From Podarcis vaucheri (taxonomy: Eukaryota): DNA of 64,000 nt. Numbering within the stretch: the first letter of the stretch is position 1; every line of letters starts with the position of its first letter. Shown piece by piece: positions 1 through 13,620 of this stretch. Both the position numbers and the translations under genes were made by a program. The notes under the pieces are model-generated. The model did no database searches. It was not told where the DNA came from and was given only the letters and a program-made list of their open reading frames with translations. The DNA lies in the NCBI GenBank assembly GCA_965113315.1, contig OZ220364.1; one strand, 5' to 3'.

Positions 1-325
1 TACTGTGCCTTCATTTTGATCCTGTTAACATGCAGGAGTAATAGTAAATACAACCCTCTCCCACCTGCCCTTTGCTACTCTCTTCCTGTTATCTCCCTTC
101 ATCTTTGTCCTCCCAGTCTTCCATAGTAAGCCATCTGGGCAGGAGCAGCTTTTATACGTGAGGTCAGTGCAGTGTCTCACACAGACAATAAAAAAGGTTA
201 CCGTAAATAGTAGTGATGGTAATAACAGCTAGTGAGGCTGCTGGTAATGAGGCGCACTTCAAAGGGAAATACTTCAGCTGCAATCCTAACATGGGAGAAA
301 ATCCTCTTGGACTCAAGGGGATACC

Positions 326-360
<35 letters not shown>
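326..360. repeat. (GAT)n microsatellite
   Basis: Direct observation. Confidence 0.95.
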
Positions 361-361
<1 letters not shown>

Positions 362-1377
362 ATTTGTACCCCACCTATCTGCCTGGGTTGCCCCAGCTAA
401 GTAAACACACTGGAGAACCTGGGGGATAGGTGATGATAGAAATAAATATGTTTAAGCTATAGGGTGTGCAGGCACATGGATTTTGATGTTAAAACGAACA
501 ATTAACAGGTGGAAGTCAACCAGTAGTGTTTCTAACAGCAGGAAACGAAGGCTTTGTAAAAAACGTAGAAAGCAAATCCTTAGCTGTAAAAGCAGCAGAG
601 ATAGGAGGCTAAGTTAGCTAGTGAATTCACGGCCATCTTCACTGGAGAGTTTAAGAGGAAGTTTGGCAAGCCTCCTCTTGATTGTTTAGGCCTAGGTGAA
701 ATAATTCCTATCTTAATACAGAGGCATTACCACAAAAATCCATTTGAGGCCTCCAGTTATTCAAGGCTTAGCATTTTAACGCCTATCCTAGTCAGCTGCA
801 GAGAAATCTCTAGTTCAGTATGGAATGTCAACAAAACCTGAGTAGGATTTATGGAGCAGATCTCTGACGTTATCTGGCCCTCCCCAAAACTATACATTGT
901 GCTTCAAATTTTGAAATCCTTAGGATGCTTCACACTAGTTTAAGTTTAGATGTGTTAGTATTTCAAATGATTTGTTTTATAGGTAAAGATTATAGCTTTA
1001 GGGCTTTCAGCCTTTTGCCTTCTGCATTTCTGCCAAGATGGGGCCTTGTCAGCACTTTGTCTCCTGTATGTCTGCTGTCTAGACAAATTAAAATTCAGCA
1101 CCCATGAGGAGTCTTGTTTAGAGCTAATTCCATGACCTGTAAATGCCTATAGTCTTGGTGGATTTATGCTCTGGAGTGTGTGATTATATTTTTCATAATT
1201 GCTTGAAATGAGAATATTGTGAATCAGGAAGACGGGGGAGGCCCACGTTCAAATCAACGTTGAACTGTGAAGCTTACTGGGTTAACTTGGGCAAATCATC
1301 ATCTTGCAGCCTGACATACCTCAAATGGGCGCTGAGAATAAAAGAGGGAGGGAGGGAGGGAGGGAGGGAGGAGTACC

Positions 1378-1528
1378 AGGGCTTTTTTCAGGGAGAACTC
1401 AGAGAAACTCAGTTCTGGCACCTCTCAGGTGGGTTCTGGGCTGGCACCTCTCAGGTGGATGCCATTGCCATTCTAAGAGAATGAGGGAGGTTTTCATGGT
1501 GAGTTCCAGCACCCCTTTTTCTAGCACA
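1378..1528 (+). mobile_element. Non-autonomous DNA-element copy; second copy at about 44432-44563
   Basis: Both loci share GGGCTTTTTT(T)CAG...CTCAGGTG..GCCATTGCCATTCTAAGAG...GAGG.GTTCATG.TGA.TTCC.GCACC.CTTTTTCTAG. Confidence 0.65.
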
Positions 1529-1699
1529 GGGGACCATGTTTATCTCAGTGAACCCCTTGGAGGAAAGACGGGATATGAATGTAATATTGAAACAGGGATA
1601 AGATCTTGTTCTCTGGTAGACTTTGGGAGAGAAGTGAAGGGAGACAGATGCAAGTGCAGAATAGTGTAATGATCTCTGGGAGCTGAAAATGATGGGACA

Positions 1700-3740
1700 A
1701 GCCAGACCACAGTGGAACTTGCAGCATAAAAGGAGACATAATATTGCTTTGAAAATAGTTACTTTTGGCAGTGTTTGAAGGGGAAGTGTTGTTGGCAGAA
1801 GTGTTCTGACAATGCTGAAGGCTGTGCTTAGAATGTGGAATGCCTTGCCCTGTAGTTTGCTTTAGCTGTTCTTCAGTGTGGAGCACTCACAGGTTTGGCT
1901 GCGTTCCCTTGCTGTCCCACCCTCTAGGGAACACCCTGTAGCCTGTTTCTCTGCTCTGAATCAACTTGCAAAGGCCTGCTCCACCCTGATCCCAGAACAG
2001 AGGCGTCAGAGGCTTGCTCCTGCTGTGCCAGTCCCAACACTTGCACGCTCCCAGGGCCTGGTTTGGAGATGCACATAAATTAGCAGAAAGGTTAGGATCT
2101 TGTGTCCTGCTGTATTACTCAAGGGCCTTTTCCTTTAGGAGAGAGTCATGTTGTTGGACCCAAAGGCTATTTTAGGGTATCTTTGTTATGTGATTTGTCT
2201 TCATTATGCAGTTTTTAATTTGGAGCAATAATTTGCCTCCTGTTAATACACAGACATTTCTAAACCAAAGTCTTGACAGTTTGACTTTTTCTTCCCAGTT
2301 ATTTCTAATCTTTGGTTTACTGTATTTAAATCTTAATCTGATAGTGTTTACCTATTGGTTGTTCTTGTATCAACTAGTTGTTAACTTCCTACAGAAAGAT
2401 CGGGTACTTGTATTATTCATTATAAACCTTTGTAACCCACACAAATGTGTACCTGTGTGTTATGGAGCGATGAGCAGTACTGAACATGAACCCAGACCTG
2501 AGATTTGACAGTGGCTTCTTGTACTGAATCCAGCTCTGAAATGCCCATTTCATAGCCGAAAGAGAGCAAAGCATGCTCACCTATCAAATCCTGTCACTTT
2601 TAGGGAAAGGGCAACCAAAGGGGTCAGGGGGCTGAAGCAACTCCACTACAGAGAAAGAATATAATGCTTGCTTCTTTTAATTTAGAAGAAAGATGCATAA
2701 GGGGAGGAGACATCATAGAAGTTCATCAATCTGATGGGGGGGGAAGCATTTCCCCCCATCTCTACAGCACGCTTATCAGACAGATTCATGGAGGGCAGAG
2801 TTATCATTGACTATTAATCATGGTTGCTGTATATTACCCTCCAGGATCAGAGGCAATATACCTCTGAGTACAAGTTGCTGAGAATCAAGCATAGAAGAGG
2901 GCTAGTGCCCTCATACCATCATATCCTGTTTGTGGGTTTCCCAGAGGCATCTAGCTGGCCACTGTTGAAAATGGTATGTTGGACTTGATCAGTCTTTGGT
3001 CTGATCTATCAGGGCTCTTCTTGTCACAGCCATTGTAGTTGCTGTGTGGAATATCATGCGAGCATTTCAGGTGCCTGTTGGATATAGCCTGTGGTGAGAA
3101 AGATGAGAGACAACACCCCTCTTCTTGCCCCGCCTCTAAATAAACCTGGCCTGTACTGTTGTATGGCCTTGTTATTCGATTAAAAAAAAAACACATTTTA
3201 GTGGTGAGCTTCTCCATACTGTACTGCTTCAACATGGGAACATTGTCTTGCCTTTTAAAAGTGGTGAATGTTAGAATGCTTAATCTCCCACTGTTTGCTT
3301 TTACTTCATTTTCTTTCATTCTGAGGATGTGCTCTTCCCCTCTTGCATGCTGCAAGTGTGTTTTGCTGGGAGTCGGGGTTTAACAGCAGCAAATGGCTGT
3401 GCAACTAGACTGCTGCCCAGAGCCCGATCTCTACAACCTTAGTAGTTCATGGCAGATAATTAATATGTCCCAATTCCATTTCATAGATAAAAACCTCTTT
3501 TGGTTTATGGAGGCAGTTAAACAAGTACGCATAAACAAACAGCTAAAAGGTGTTTGGCCAGTATTCACCTCTGGACAATCATGGAGTGATAAAATCCAGG
3601 TGATGCAACATCGACATCATCTATCTAAAATGGGATTTATTTTCTACTCATTAACCCCTTTCCCTGGTTAATAGAAAATGTGCATCATCTCTGTGAGCAT
3701 TTTCTGGAGTAAGCGACATATGCAGTGGTTGACCAAGGCA
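1700..3740 (-). pseudogene. Decayed vertnin-like unit U1
   Basis: Collinear motifs versus recalled human VRTN: RLLQKMLTEMM (3715-3683) ~ QLVQKVLQELQ; SCLF (3544-3533) ~ SLLF; YSMEKLTTKMCFFFNRITRP (3223-3164) ~ YSIYPMRNLKIRPYFNRVIRP; SKHSLQHC...PSNTAKSNYF (about 1830-1750) ~ repeat unit. Interrupted by a CR1 fragment. Confidence 0.7.
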
Positions 3741-4515
3741 TCTTTAAATTACAGTTTCAATGTTAAAACAAAAAACCCAATTCATATATAGCCTCAGTGC
3801 AGCCTGTCACTGGTAACTTCGAACAACTGGAATGTTCTCTCTTCAGCAGACAGCAAAATCTTGTCTCTGTGATGCAGCCTCCCAACTTGAATTCAACAAT
3901 AGGCTTTCTGTGTTTCACAACATTTCAGGATCTTATAAGCCTTTCAGCAAGCAAGACTAGAAACCTCTTGCTTCAGGTGAAACTCAAAAGTCAGGAGATA
4001 AAGTCAGATATAACATGGCAAAGGGATTAAAGTCTAGATCCATGCTCCTATATTCCCCATTTTGTTTCCTGTTTGTGTGTCCACTCACCAAATAGAGTTC
4101 CTGTAGTCAGACAACCACAAACAGAATAGGCATACATATCTAGAAAGCTTGAGCTGTGACTTACTGAGATGTGGGGCAGAAAATCTTGCAAAATGGAGAA
4201 CTTTCCTGTGATACGCTTCTCTGTGGAAAATTTTCCATTTCATAAGTTCATTTGTGACAACTAATGGATGTCAGTTGCAAGTAAATATTAGGTAAGATTG
4301 GCAATATCAGAGTTTGTAGCTTCATTTATTAAATACAAGTTAAGCAAACATGCTAATTAGATCATTTTCTAGGGAAAATTTCCTGATGCAAACTGAAATT
4401 TCCCTACGCAAATTTGCATAGGAAAAACCACTGGAAAATTTCCAATACATTTTTTTTTTTTGAAAACTTGCATTGTGACTGAGTTAATTGTACATGTTAG
4501 GAGTATGCTAGTAAT

Positions 4516-4975
4516 TCTTCTTCTTTGGCGATCACTCATAGCCAAGTAAGATTGTCTTCCATGAACACGGTCTTAACAGTGAGTCTGTTAGTGACTGTGG
4601 AGGTCAATTCTGGATCCACACGTCCTTCCACAGTGGGGATATAGGTTTCCAGGCAGGAGTTTATCATGGTGAGAATTTCCCAAACATGCCTTCCTCTTAG
4701 CTTGTTTCTCCTTTTTGTCCAGAGATTGTGCTTCTTCAAAGTCCATGACACCTTTGGTAAAGGCTGTTCTCTAATTGGAACGCAAGGCCAGTGTTTCTCA
4801 GTTATCAGTGCTTATACTACATTTTTAAAGATTTGCCTTGAGAGTGTCTTTAAACTTCTTTTGTTGTTCACCGGTATTTCACTTTCCATTGTTATGTTGG
4901 GAATAGAGTAGTTGCTTTGGAAGACAATAATCAGGCATCCAAACAACATGACCAGTTTAACAAAGTTGATGTTGA
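4516..4975 (-). mobile_element. RTE-clade LINE 3' fragment (non-BovB)
   Basis: Degenerate ORF C-terminus with a (C)GRTCGSRIDLHSH zinc-finger-like end and an (AAG)n tail. Confidence 0.7.
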
Positions 4976-5732
4976 AGAATAATTTCTTCAAGCTGCGAGT
5001 CTTTCCCATCCCTGCCTTTAGACAGCAGTGATAGAACTAGGGTCCTTCCACATACAGAGCAGATGCTCTGCCACTGAGCTACAGCCTTCCCTTTTTTTCC
5101 AAGCGACGGCCAGTGGGATACAGAACTCCCATGGTAGTTGTTTGCCGTCTCATGCCTTTGAGTTGGAACTTGTGGCGCTTCTGTGCAAAAGCCATGATGT
5201 GGTTGGGATCTGCGTACATACATAGATTGCCTGGATAAAACCCTAGTTTCCACAACAAGGCAAAACGTCCCCAAGAAACACATATCCCAAAGCCATTTGC
5301 CAAACTGAGAAATCATAGAATCATAGAGTTGGACTGGAGCCAAAGGGTCTTCTAGTCCAACTCTCTGCTGCGCAGGAATATTGAAATGCTTATAAATGGG
5401 GGAAAGCTTTGTTTCCTTCCTTGCTCTTCACTCTTTTCAGTCTACCACAAGGGGTTACTACAGATATGTGTGAGCAGGCAAGCCAGTAATATTTTGTTGT
5501 GGTCTTATTTGCAAGACTACTTTACTTATAAACTGAGTCTACCTGACCTGATGGCACAAATAGAGAACTGCTGTTGTCTAGTGATATTAAGTTCTATACC
5601 TGTTTCTGGTCCAGCTTCCTTTCCTCCTTGTTGGAAAAGTGCTCCCTAGAATTCAAGTTAATGCATCTTTCTAGAGGCTTGCCTGTCCTTTTCCATTTCC
5701 TTCTTTTCACCTTGTGCCCCCTCCATTTCTAG

Positions 5733-6068
5733 GTCCATACCTTGGGCGACTGACCCTCGCTGCTGACTGGCCACATCTCCCTCATGCCGCTTGGACTAGG
5801 CCGACGGAAGAAGGCCCCACCGCTGGTGGAGAATGAGGAAGCCGAGCCCATTCGCAGTGGCCTGGGCGGGCTGGGGGTAGGCAGTGTTGGTGTGGTTGGC
5901 GGGGCACTTCAGCCTGGCCTCCCCCCACCCCCTGCCAGTCTCCGCCCTCGACTTGTGTTCCACACCCAGCTGGCCCACGGAAGCCCCACTGGCCGGATCG
6001 AGGGCTTTACCAATGTCAAAGAACTGTATAGTAAAATTGCAGAGGCCTTTAAAATCTCACCAGCCGAG
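5733..6068 (+). CDS. GIPC1: GIPC1 first coding exon (5' UTR 5733-5783, CDS 5784-6068)
   Basis: Polypyrimidine tract and AG at 5731-5732. ATG at 5784 begins [22 protein letters not shown]...[29 protein letters not shown], the GIPC1-type N-terminus. Donor GAG|gtaggt at 6069. 285 coding nt, phase 0. Confidence 0.97.
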
Positions 6069-6352
6069 GTAGGTGCAATCATCATGTTTTCCTGGGAATG
6101 CCCATTTAGTGTTGGGGATGGCATGGCTAACTCAGCTTGGGTGGGGCAGGTGCCAGGGTCAACCACAGTTTGGATTGCATGAGGCTGTGTTTAAGTAAAT
6201 ATCTGGGAGCGTATGCTGCAAGTCTGTGGCCAAAAGCTTCCAGGTCTCTTACCTCTAGAACTGAAGGAGCAGACCCCACTGGTGCACTTTCTCTAAAAGC
6301 AGTTAGGATGCCTGTAACGTCAAGTGCTCATGCCTCCTTTCCCATTATCTAG

Positions 6353-6538
6353 GTGATGTTCTGCACCTTAAATACCCACAAAGTGGACATGGAAAAACTG
6401 TTGGGTGGCCAGATTGGCCTAGAGGATTTCATCTTCGCCCACACAAAGGGCCAGAGGAAGGAGGTTGAGGTGTTCAAATCTGAGGAAGCCCTGGGCCTGA
6501 CCATCACAGACAACGGAGCTGGCTATGCTTTTATCAAG
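6353..6538 (+). CDS. GIPC1: GIPC1 coding exon 2 (end of GH1, start of PDZ with the ALGL loop)
   Basis: ag|GTG; [30 protein letters not shown]...[21 protein letters not shown]; AAG|gtatct; 186 nt, phase 0/0. Confidence 0.97.
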
Positions 6539-7065
6539 GTATCTTTGGGTAGGCTCAGCTTGTGCTGCTCTCCTACTGAATTCTTGCTGCTGGGGCTTCC
6601 ATTTTGTGGGTGTGGTTTTTGGTTTTTGGTTTGGTCCACTGTGTTGCTTCCATTGTTCTTTCTAATCTATCAGCTTCAGGGAGGCTATTTTATCTTTCCG
6701 AGGTTTCTACCCAAGAGGCCACTAAGCCCAGTGCTTACCCTAATCCTCATACTGTGAGCTACGAATCTTCCCTGGTCTGAACCTTTCTGGGAGCTAATGT
6801 GTCTTACAGGAGCTAGGGAGTCCAACCCACCCATTCCTAACAATTACCTTTTTTTCCTTCCCACTCTGGCTGAGAATCTATTATTTTACTGTACCAAGTG
6901 ATTGTATAATGCACAAGGCTCCCTAACACACCTGCTGGCCTTTTCTACATGAAACATGATAACCAGGTTATCTTCTAGGGTCTGAACAGAAAAATCCTGA
7001 TAAACCAAGTAGTCTAGAAATGCTAAGCATTTGGGGTGGGGGTTTTTAAGGAAAAAAAGATGACC

Positions 7066-7394
7066 ACAGAGCCTAGGGCTTGCCAATCAGAAGGTCAGTG
7101 GTTCGAATCCCCGCGACGGGGTAAGCTCCCATTGTTCAGTCCCAGCTCCTGCCCACCTAGTAGTTCGAAAGCACATCAAAGTGCAAGTAGATAAATAGGT
7201 ACCGCTCCGGCGGGAAGGTAAACGGCGTTTCCGTGCGCTGCTCTGGTTTGCCAGAAGCGGCTTAATCATGCTGGCCACATGACCCGGAAGCTGTCTGCAG
7301 ACAAACGCCGGCTCCCTTGGCCTATAGAGCAAGATGAGCGCGCAACCCCAGAGTCATTCGTGACTGGACCTAACAGTCAGGGGTACCTTTACCT
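7066..7394 (+). mobile_element. Sauria SINE, slightly 5'-truncated
   Basis: Aligns with the 22638-23000 copy; GGTTCGAATCC box; ends GGGGTACCTTTACCT. Confidence 0.9.
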
Positions 7395-8025
7395 AAGAAG
7401 GATATGATACAGAGATTTTTAGTTATATAAAAGTTTGAGGAAGCAGATAAGAATTTATTTTATAGATGCTTTGGGGCACCCAGTTAAATTAATTGTAAGT
7501 AGATTTAAGTGAGAGAAGAAAATGATACAGATCATTCATTCAGTTTGCTGTCACAAGATAGGCTGATGGCCACTGACTTGGATGGCTTTAAAATGAGATA
7601 GGACAACCCAAGTCTAATAGCCACAATAGCAAAATGGAACCTCCAGTTACTGAGGCAGTGTATCCTTGAATATCAGTTGATGGAGCTAACAGAGGTTTAT
7701 TACTATGATAGTTGGAAAAGAAGTTGTACTAGCTAAATCTTTGCTCTTGTCCAGCATTTGTGTTCTTACTTTCTTTAAAGTCTGTGCTAAAATTATTTGA
7801 GTAATAAGATAAGAAACCATAAATTCTGCTATGTGGAAATATATTCAATCTATCTGAATTAATGTACTTATTTACATAGTGGACAAGCTAGCACATAATG
7901 CTTATGGTTTATAAAAGCATGGATTAGCATTATGCGTGAATCCTGCTCAGTGGCTTAACAGTAGTTCACTTACTGCCAACATACCATGAGCTAGGTGAAA
8001 CTATAGTTGGTTTGGTTTGGTTTGG

Positions 8026-8054
8026 TTTGGTTTGGTTTGGTTTGGTTTGGTTTG
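8026..8054. repeat. (GGTTT)n microsatellite
   Basis: Direct observation. Confidence 0.95.
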
Positions 8055-8499
8055 CAAACCTTAGTTCACTGTTACCTTAAAAATAATAATAATAATTCAG
8101 TTTTCAAAAATTTACAAACAGACACACTACAAATATATACATCCAATACAATTACATATTTGACTCTCTCCCCCCCACACACACTTTTGTGGTTTCTTAA
8201 TTTTAGTTTTTTACACTGCATTTTCTACTTTATTCCATTTTTATGATAATCTTCTGGTTTTTTCCAATAATATTTTTAACTGCTTGTTTTAAGTTAATCC
8301 TACAAATGAACTTACTTGCATACCTATATTTTTCAAATATTCAACAAATTTTCCCCAGTACTACAGAATACAGAAGCTTGTCCACCTGACTACACTAACC
8401 CAACCCCACTCCATTTTCTAACTACCAGTAGAATAGTTATTCTGTTCTTCCTTCTTTAAAAGTGCATGTGGTGTTGTTGCTGTTTGTGTGTGTGTGTGT

Positions 8500-9800
8500 G
8501 TGACTCCTCAGATTCTGCAGGAATATTGGATTCCACTTTTCAGGTTATATGTTCCTAGACGCTTGGAACAGAACTATACCTCTGATGCAAGAGCCTCAAT
8601 CCTCTTTGTACCCTTGCTTATGTTCCCTTCATACGGTTGGTTCATAAACTAGGGATTAGCTAGTTACGTTCTGGAAAATACTGGAGCCTGCTCTAGTTTC
8701 ACAGTTCTGAGCATGTGCAAGAGCATGAGATTGCAACACTCATTCTCTCCTGGAGTAGATAAGTTTAGACCACCTGCCACATGGCCTTGTTCCAACTTTC
8801 TTGCGGAAAATAAGTTGTGGCTCTGCTTGAAATGGGTGTTTTCTCTTGGAGCGGTTGGAACTTCCTGGGAGCATCACAACCTGTGCTTTCTCAAGGAGGT
8901 GTAAAGGAGCTGCAAGACTAGTGGCAGTTTGGTATCTTTGGATAGAGAAGGAAATATTCACGTGGCATTGAGCAGAGCTGCCACAGTACCTGCTATGTAG
9001 TTAATAAACAGTTGCTGTCTCCACCCAGGGTTCATCAGCTTCTCAGTCCTGGAGGAAGTGACTGTGTATTATCACAGGATGATCTGAGGGAGTCCCTGCC
9101 CTTTTAAAAACAGCACAACACTGCAGTGTTTGTTTTTAATGTGAAGGTTTGCTGTTGCAGTTCTTTAAGCAGCTTTAAAACAGAAATTTGTTCACCATTA
9201 CCTAAATACCCTGTGAAACAGTATTCAGAACCTCTCCAGGCCAGTACTGGCCTGCTTCAGTTTCAGAAGCAGTCAAAGTCTGTTCTCCTTAGCAACACTC
9301 TCCCTTGTTCTGGTCTCCTCCCCCTTTTCTACTTCTCTTCAGGAGGCTACACTTCCTGATAGGTTCCTTGTATCATAAATCACGTGTAACCTCTCTCCAT
9401 GCTTAATCCAGAGTGATTCTGCTGCACACTTCCACATGCAGTACAAACATGCACAGGCAACGTCTCACACTAGGTTTGTAGTTCTGGGCATTCTCCACTC
9501 TTGCAAGGCAAAACCTGCAAGGAAAGGAATGCTTCCACCCTGTTGCAGTGCAATACAGGCAGTCTGTCTAGGAACCATGGATCAGGGAAGAGAGAGACTC
9601 AGGGTGCTTATTACTTGCAGGTTTGTGTGAAGAAGGCTCTTATTCCTTGGACTAGATGTGTGGGATATTTGGTGATCCAGAAGCACTATTCCTTTTTCTA
9701 AAGTGCTTCCAGAAGTATAACTTTGCTTGGTGAGGTGGGGTTATACCTCCTTCCAAGGTATTTGACAATTGCTTCTGCTGGAAACAGGATGCCAGACTGG
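8500..9800 (-). pseudogene. Decayed vertnin-like unit U2 (GIPC1 intron after coding exon 2)
   Basis: VSLFPDPWFLDRLPVLHC (9598-9545) ~ LSLYPEDAPRNMLPLVC; CFTGYLGN (9220-9197) ~ CFPSSFSN; LHLLEK...RKKVGTR (ORF 8740-8961) ~ LELLNR...RQKVAAR. Confidence 0.6.
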
Positions 9801-10460
9801 TTAGGCTACTGTTTGCATCCACCATGAGTCAATTAAATATATAAGTGTAATTATGAGTCACAATCCTCAGGAAAAATAGCTGCAGGTTCAGCACTGGAGC
9901 AGAATGAAGCAGGGTGAGCATTGTATGTACATAGTTTAGGGCTGTGGTGGATCCCAAGGCTGAAAGGTCGTGAGACAGGGGAGTTAAAACATGCTGAACA
10001 CAAAGTTGGGCTTCTTACTCCTCAGAGGTACATGGTCTTCTCCACTCGGAGGCCTGACAGTGGAGATTTCCCCACATGCTTAAAAGGCACATGATACATG
10101 TGGCAAAATACTCACCAAGGAATTGGTCTTGGCACACTAGTTGTCTGGTCATAACCAGGTGTTAAAAAAACATCAATGAAAATGATTCTTCCATTGGCTT
10201 GCTTTATTATGAGCTTCACTCTTTCTCTCACCAACTTGCTTCCTTCCCTGTAGAAATGCTGACAGTTGTCCATCATAAAGGTATGATTGTGAAGCTAGAA
10301 TGGATGGGTGAACCTCATTCAGCTTAGAATTAGAGCCTGCCTCTATTGCCGTATAGTTTGTTACTTGATTTCTGGACACAATGTCTTCTTGAGGTGGGAA
10401 GTGTCAGGAAATGGTTGGGTCTGTATTTGCATCTTGACTGTTCCCATCTGTTGTTGGCAG

Positions 10461-10641
10461 AGAATCAAGGAAGGGAGTGTTATTGACCGGATCCAAGTCA
10501 TCAATGTGGGGGACATGATCGAGTCTATCAATGGACAGAGTCTTATCGGCTGCCGGCATTATGAGGTCGCCAAAATGCTCAAGGACCTGCCCAAAGGCCG
10601 CACTTTCACACTGAAGCTTACTGAGCCTCGGAAGGCCTTTG
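10461..10641 (+). CDS. GIPC1: GIPC1 coding exon 3 (PDZ domain)
   Basis: cag|AGA; [60 protein letters not shown]; G|gtaagt; 181 nt, phase 0/1. Confidence 0.97.
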
Positions 10642-12354
10642 GTAAGTGTATTCTGCACACTCTGAATTGCTGGGAAGTATGGGGGGGGGGGGGAGAGATA
10701 AAAATACATCATTCAATAAATGGGGAGTTGGCAGCCTGCTGTTTCTCAAAGCAACCGTAGCTGAACTTTATTTTCACAAAACTAGAGGTAATTGAGGTGG
10801 CTTTTGCCCTCTTTTAGACTCTGCCCTTCTGGTTACTGATAGGAGATTCAGTTAGTCCCGGGGGCATGTTTCCATTACAAGCCAATCCACAAGTTAAAGG
10901 GGAGGTAAAACTAGGGACTCCATAATTGCTGGAGGGAAATCTGTGCCTTCCCTTGCTTGAGGACAGCAATTTCTTAGACTTCCTCTCAGTTATAATAACC
11001 TGGGGCGGGACATCTTTTTTGCTCAAGGGCCACAACATTCCCTCTTGACCAACCCTCTGTACACCAGCCATGGGCATCACCATCCCACAGACTGTTGCAT
11101 GTAATCTTCCATGCATGCAGTGCTCAAGCAAAATGTCAAGGGTACTTCAGCTAACCTGTTGATGTCTTACTTTACAATAAGGTGGCAGGTGCAGATTAGG
11201 CATAGAAAATGAAGGTGCAAGCTAATATCTGGCTTTGCCCTCGGTATTGCATCAAGTTTAAAAGAATTTGATTACCTTTGTACTGGAGCTTTAAAGCCAA
11301 TTTCCATATCGGATTCCCAGTCAAAAGTAAGGGTATATCTGACTTCGTTTTCAAGAGCACAGCATGAATAACATTTGTACACTTTGGCTAATGACACAGA
11401 CTTGTCTTTTGGCTTTCCCTGTGGCAATCAATGATTCCTTCAGTGGCATACATTCCAAACACTTTCTTCAGGAACTCACACATTGGAGTAGGAAACAGGA
11501 TCTAAGTTTCTACGATGCACACGTTTAAGAGTAGAAAATTCATCAAAAAGAACCTCTGGTTTCTGTGCACCTTTTATAGGCAGGTTTATAGACTCTTCCT
11601 CTAAGGAAGAAGTGTTTTAATACTTGGCAACCACCTGGTGTAATAGGAGAAGGTTGACAAAGGGTGTGTTTGAATTCTCTGCTTGCAGCAGGCTGGTTTC
11701 CTGTTAGCTTCTAAACTGAACTTTGAGCAAAACATGGTTTACATTTTGCTCATGACATGCAAGACAAAATTGTAAGTTTTGCACCCAATACAGACACACA
11801 GAGAAGTTTCCATGATGTGTATGAAACTAGCTGAGGGAAACACAGAACCTTTCTTCTATTCAAAATTCAGTTTGTTTGTGTCAAAGAATTAGAGAAGAGG
11901 ATGGGCTCTGTTTCAGTTGGGAGCAGATTCACCTGAGCTTAGAATTAAGGGAAGTTTGCCCTCTTGCAGTGTGTGCTATTTTTGAAGGTGTACTCTATGT
12001 CTGTCTTCAACTTCCTGAGGACCTTTTTAAAAGAAAAAAGGGATAAAAGCAATTTTCTATTTCTTATGGATGGGTGACTATTCTCAATAATGTGTGGATC
12101 ACACCTGCTGAAATCTAAATCAAGATAGGTGGCAGAATAAGATTTTGAGTAGCTGGAGAGGTCTTTGATGCCCTGCCTCCTCCTCCTCTTCTCTCTTCCT
12201 CCCCTTCCCATCCCCTGCCACTCCAAATGACTATCAAATCCAGAATGCATTGTGCAAGATTGCATTATTTATACAGCCCATTTTTCTTGCCACAGAATTT
12301 AAATTGTGTGCATGCAGTATTATTTTTCAAGTGCTGTGAGTGTACACAGCCCAG

Positions 12355-13620
12355 AAAATAAGTTTATTTATTTAATATATTTATTAAATTTTCAAATTTT
12401 GCATTTCAAATTAAACATCTTTTATTATACCATACATTCATTGACCTCTCTCTCCTTTCAAGGGTCATTTAACTTATCCACCATTCCTGCATATTTTGAT
12501 CTATGCCTCTAATTCTATTTTCCTATCTTACATTATTTCAGTAGATATTATACTGTTGAATTTACTTTAATACTGTCAGTGTTTTCAACTGTGCACAATT
12601 GTTTTCAATATACTTTGACAAAAAATTTCCACTCCTCTTTAAATACCTGTTCTTCTTGCTCCCTTATTCTACTTATTAAACCTGCTAACTCCATATTCTA
12701 TCATCATAAGTTGCTAGTCCTCCTTGCTAAGGACCTCCCTCACTTTCCATTTTTGGGCTAGCAAAATCCGAGCCACTGTTGTTACATATATACGGTAAAA
12801 TAATTTTTTCCTGACTCTTGCAAACCTCTGTCTGAACAATTCCTAAGAGAAATGCTTCTGTTTCGGGGGGGGGGGAGTTGTTTTGAACATTTTTTTCATC
12901 TCATTATATATAATTTCCCAATATATTTTTAACTTTTTTGCATGCCCATCACATATGGAAAAAGGTTCCCTCTACTTCTTTACATTTCCAACACAAATCA
13001 GATTTTGCATTATACATCTTACCCAATCTATTCAGAGTTAAATACCATCTATGGATCATTTTCATATAGTTCTCTTTCAGTGTGTAGCATGCAGTAAATT
13101 TCAAATCATTCTTCCAAGTTTCTCCCAGAGGTTTAGTTTTATATTGTACCCTATATCCATTGCCCAATGGGTCATTGACGCTTTAACCACCTCATCTTTT
13201 GTTTCCCATTCCAATAATAATTTATACATTTTAGACAGTAGTTTTTCCTTATTCAGCAATAACTCTCTTTCAAATTGTGAGCTTTCGTCCAAAAAGCCAT
13301 TTTTCTTATTTGATGATACTGTACTGTAACCCAATCAGTAACCTGGCTCTTTACTTCTTCCATTGGTTTCAATCTGGGTTCTCTCCCTGAAAAGTCCAAC
13401 AAGTCTCAAAAGGACCCCCACTGTCTATCCATATTTATTGTCTTAATTGTAATTGCTTTGGTTGGCGATAACCATAAGGGTGTTTTTCTTTCCAACAAAT
13501 TTTTACATTTCTCCCAGACTCTATACAAATTTCTCCCAATGACATGGTTCATGAAACTTTTATATATTTTGGCTTTCCCATCCCAGAGACATGCATGCCA
13601 GCCAAATTTCATATCGTGAA
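12355..13620 (-). mobile_element. L1-clade LINE 3' fragment (ORF2 C-terminal zinc-binding region and 3' UTR)
   Basis: KENYMKMIHRWYLT..RLGKMY...SDLCWKCKEVEGTFFHM; LLEWETKDEVVK. AT-rich and frameshifted. Confidence 0.85.

Noticed and set aside
213-404. ORF with poly-Met; likewise the HT/CV/WFGLV-repeat ORFs at about 8007, 33535-33898, 40673 and 53187
   Set aside because: The repeat tracts are translations of microsatellites.
7090-7115. tRNA gene (GGTTCGAATCC), also at about 22700
   Set aside because: This is the B-box of the tRNA-derived head of Sauria SINEs, with no complete cloverleaf.
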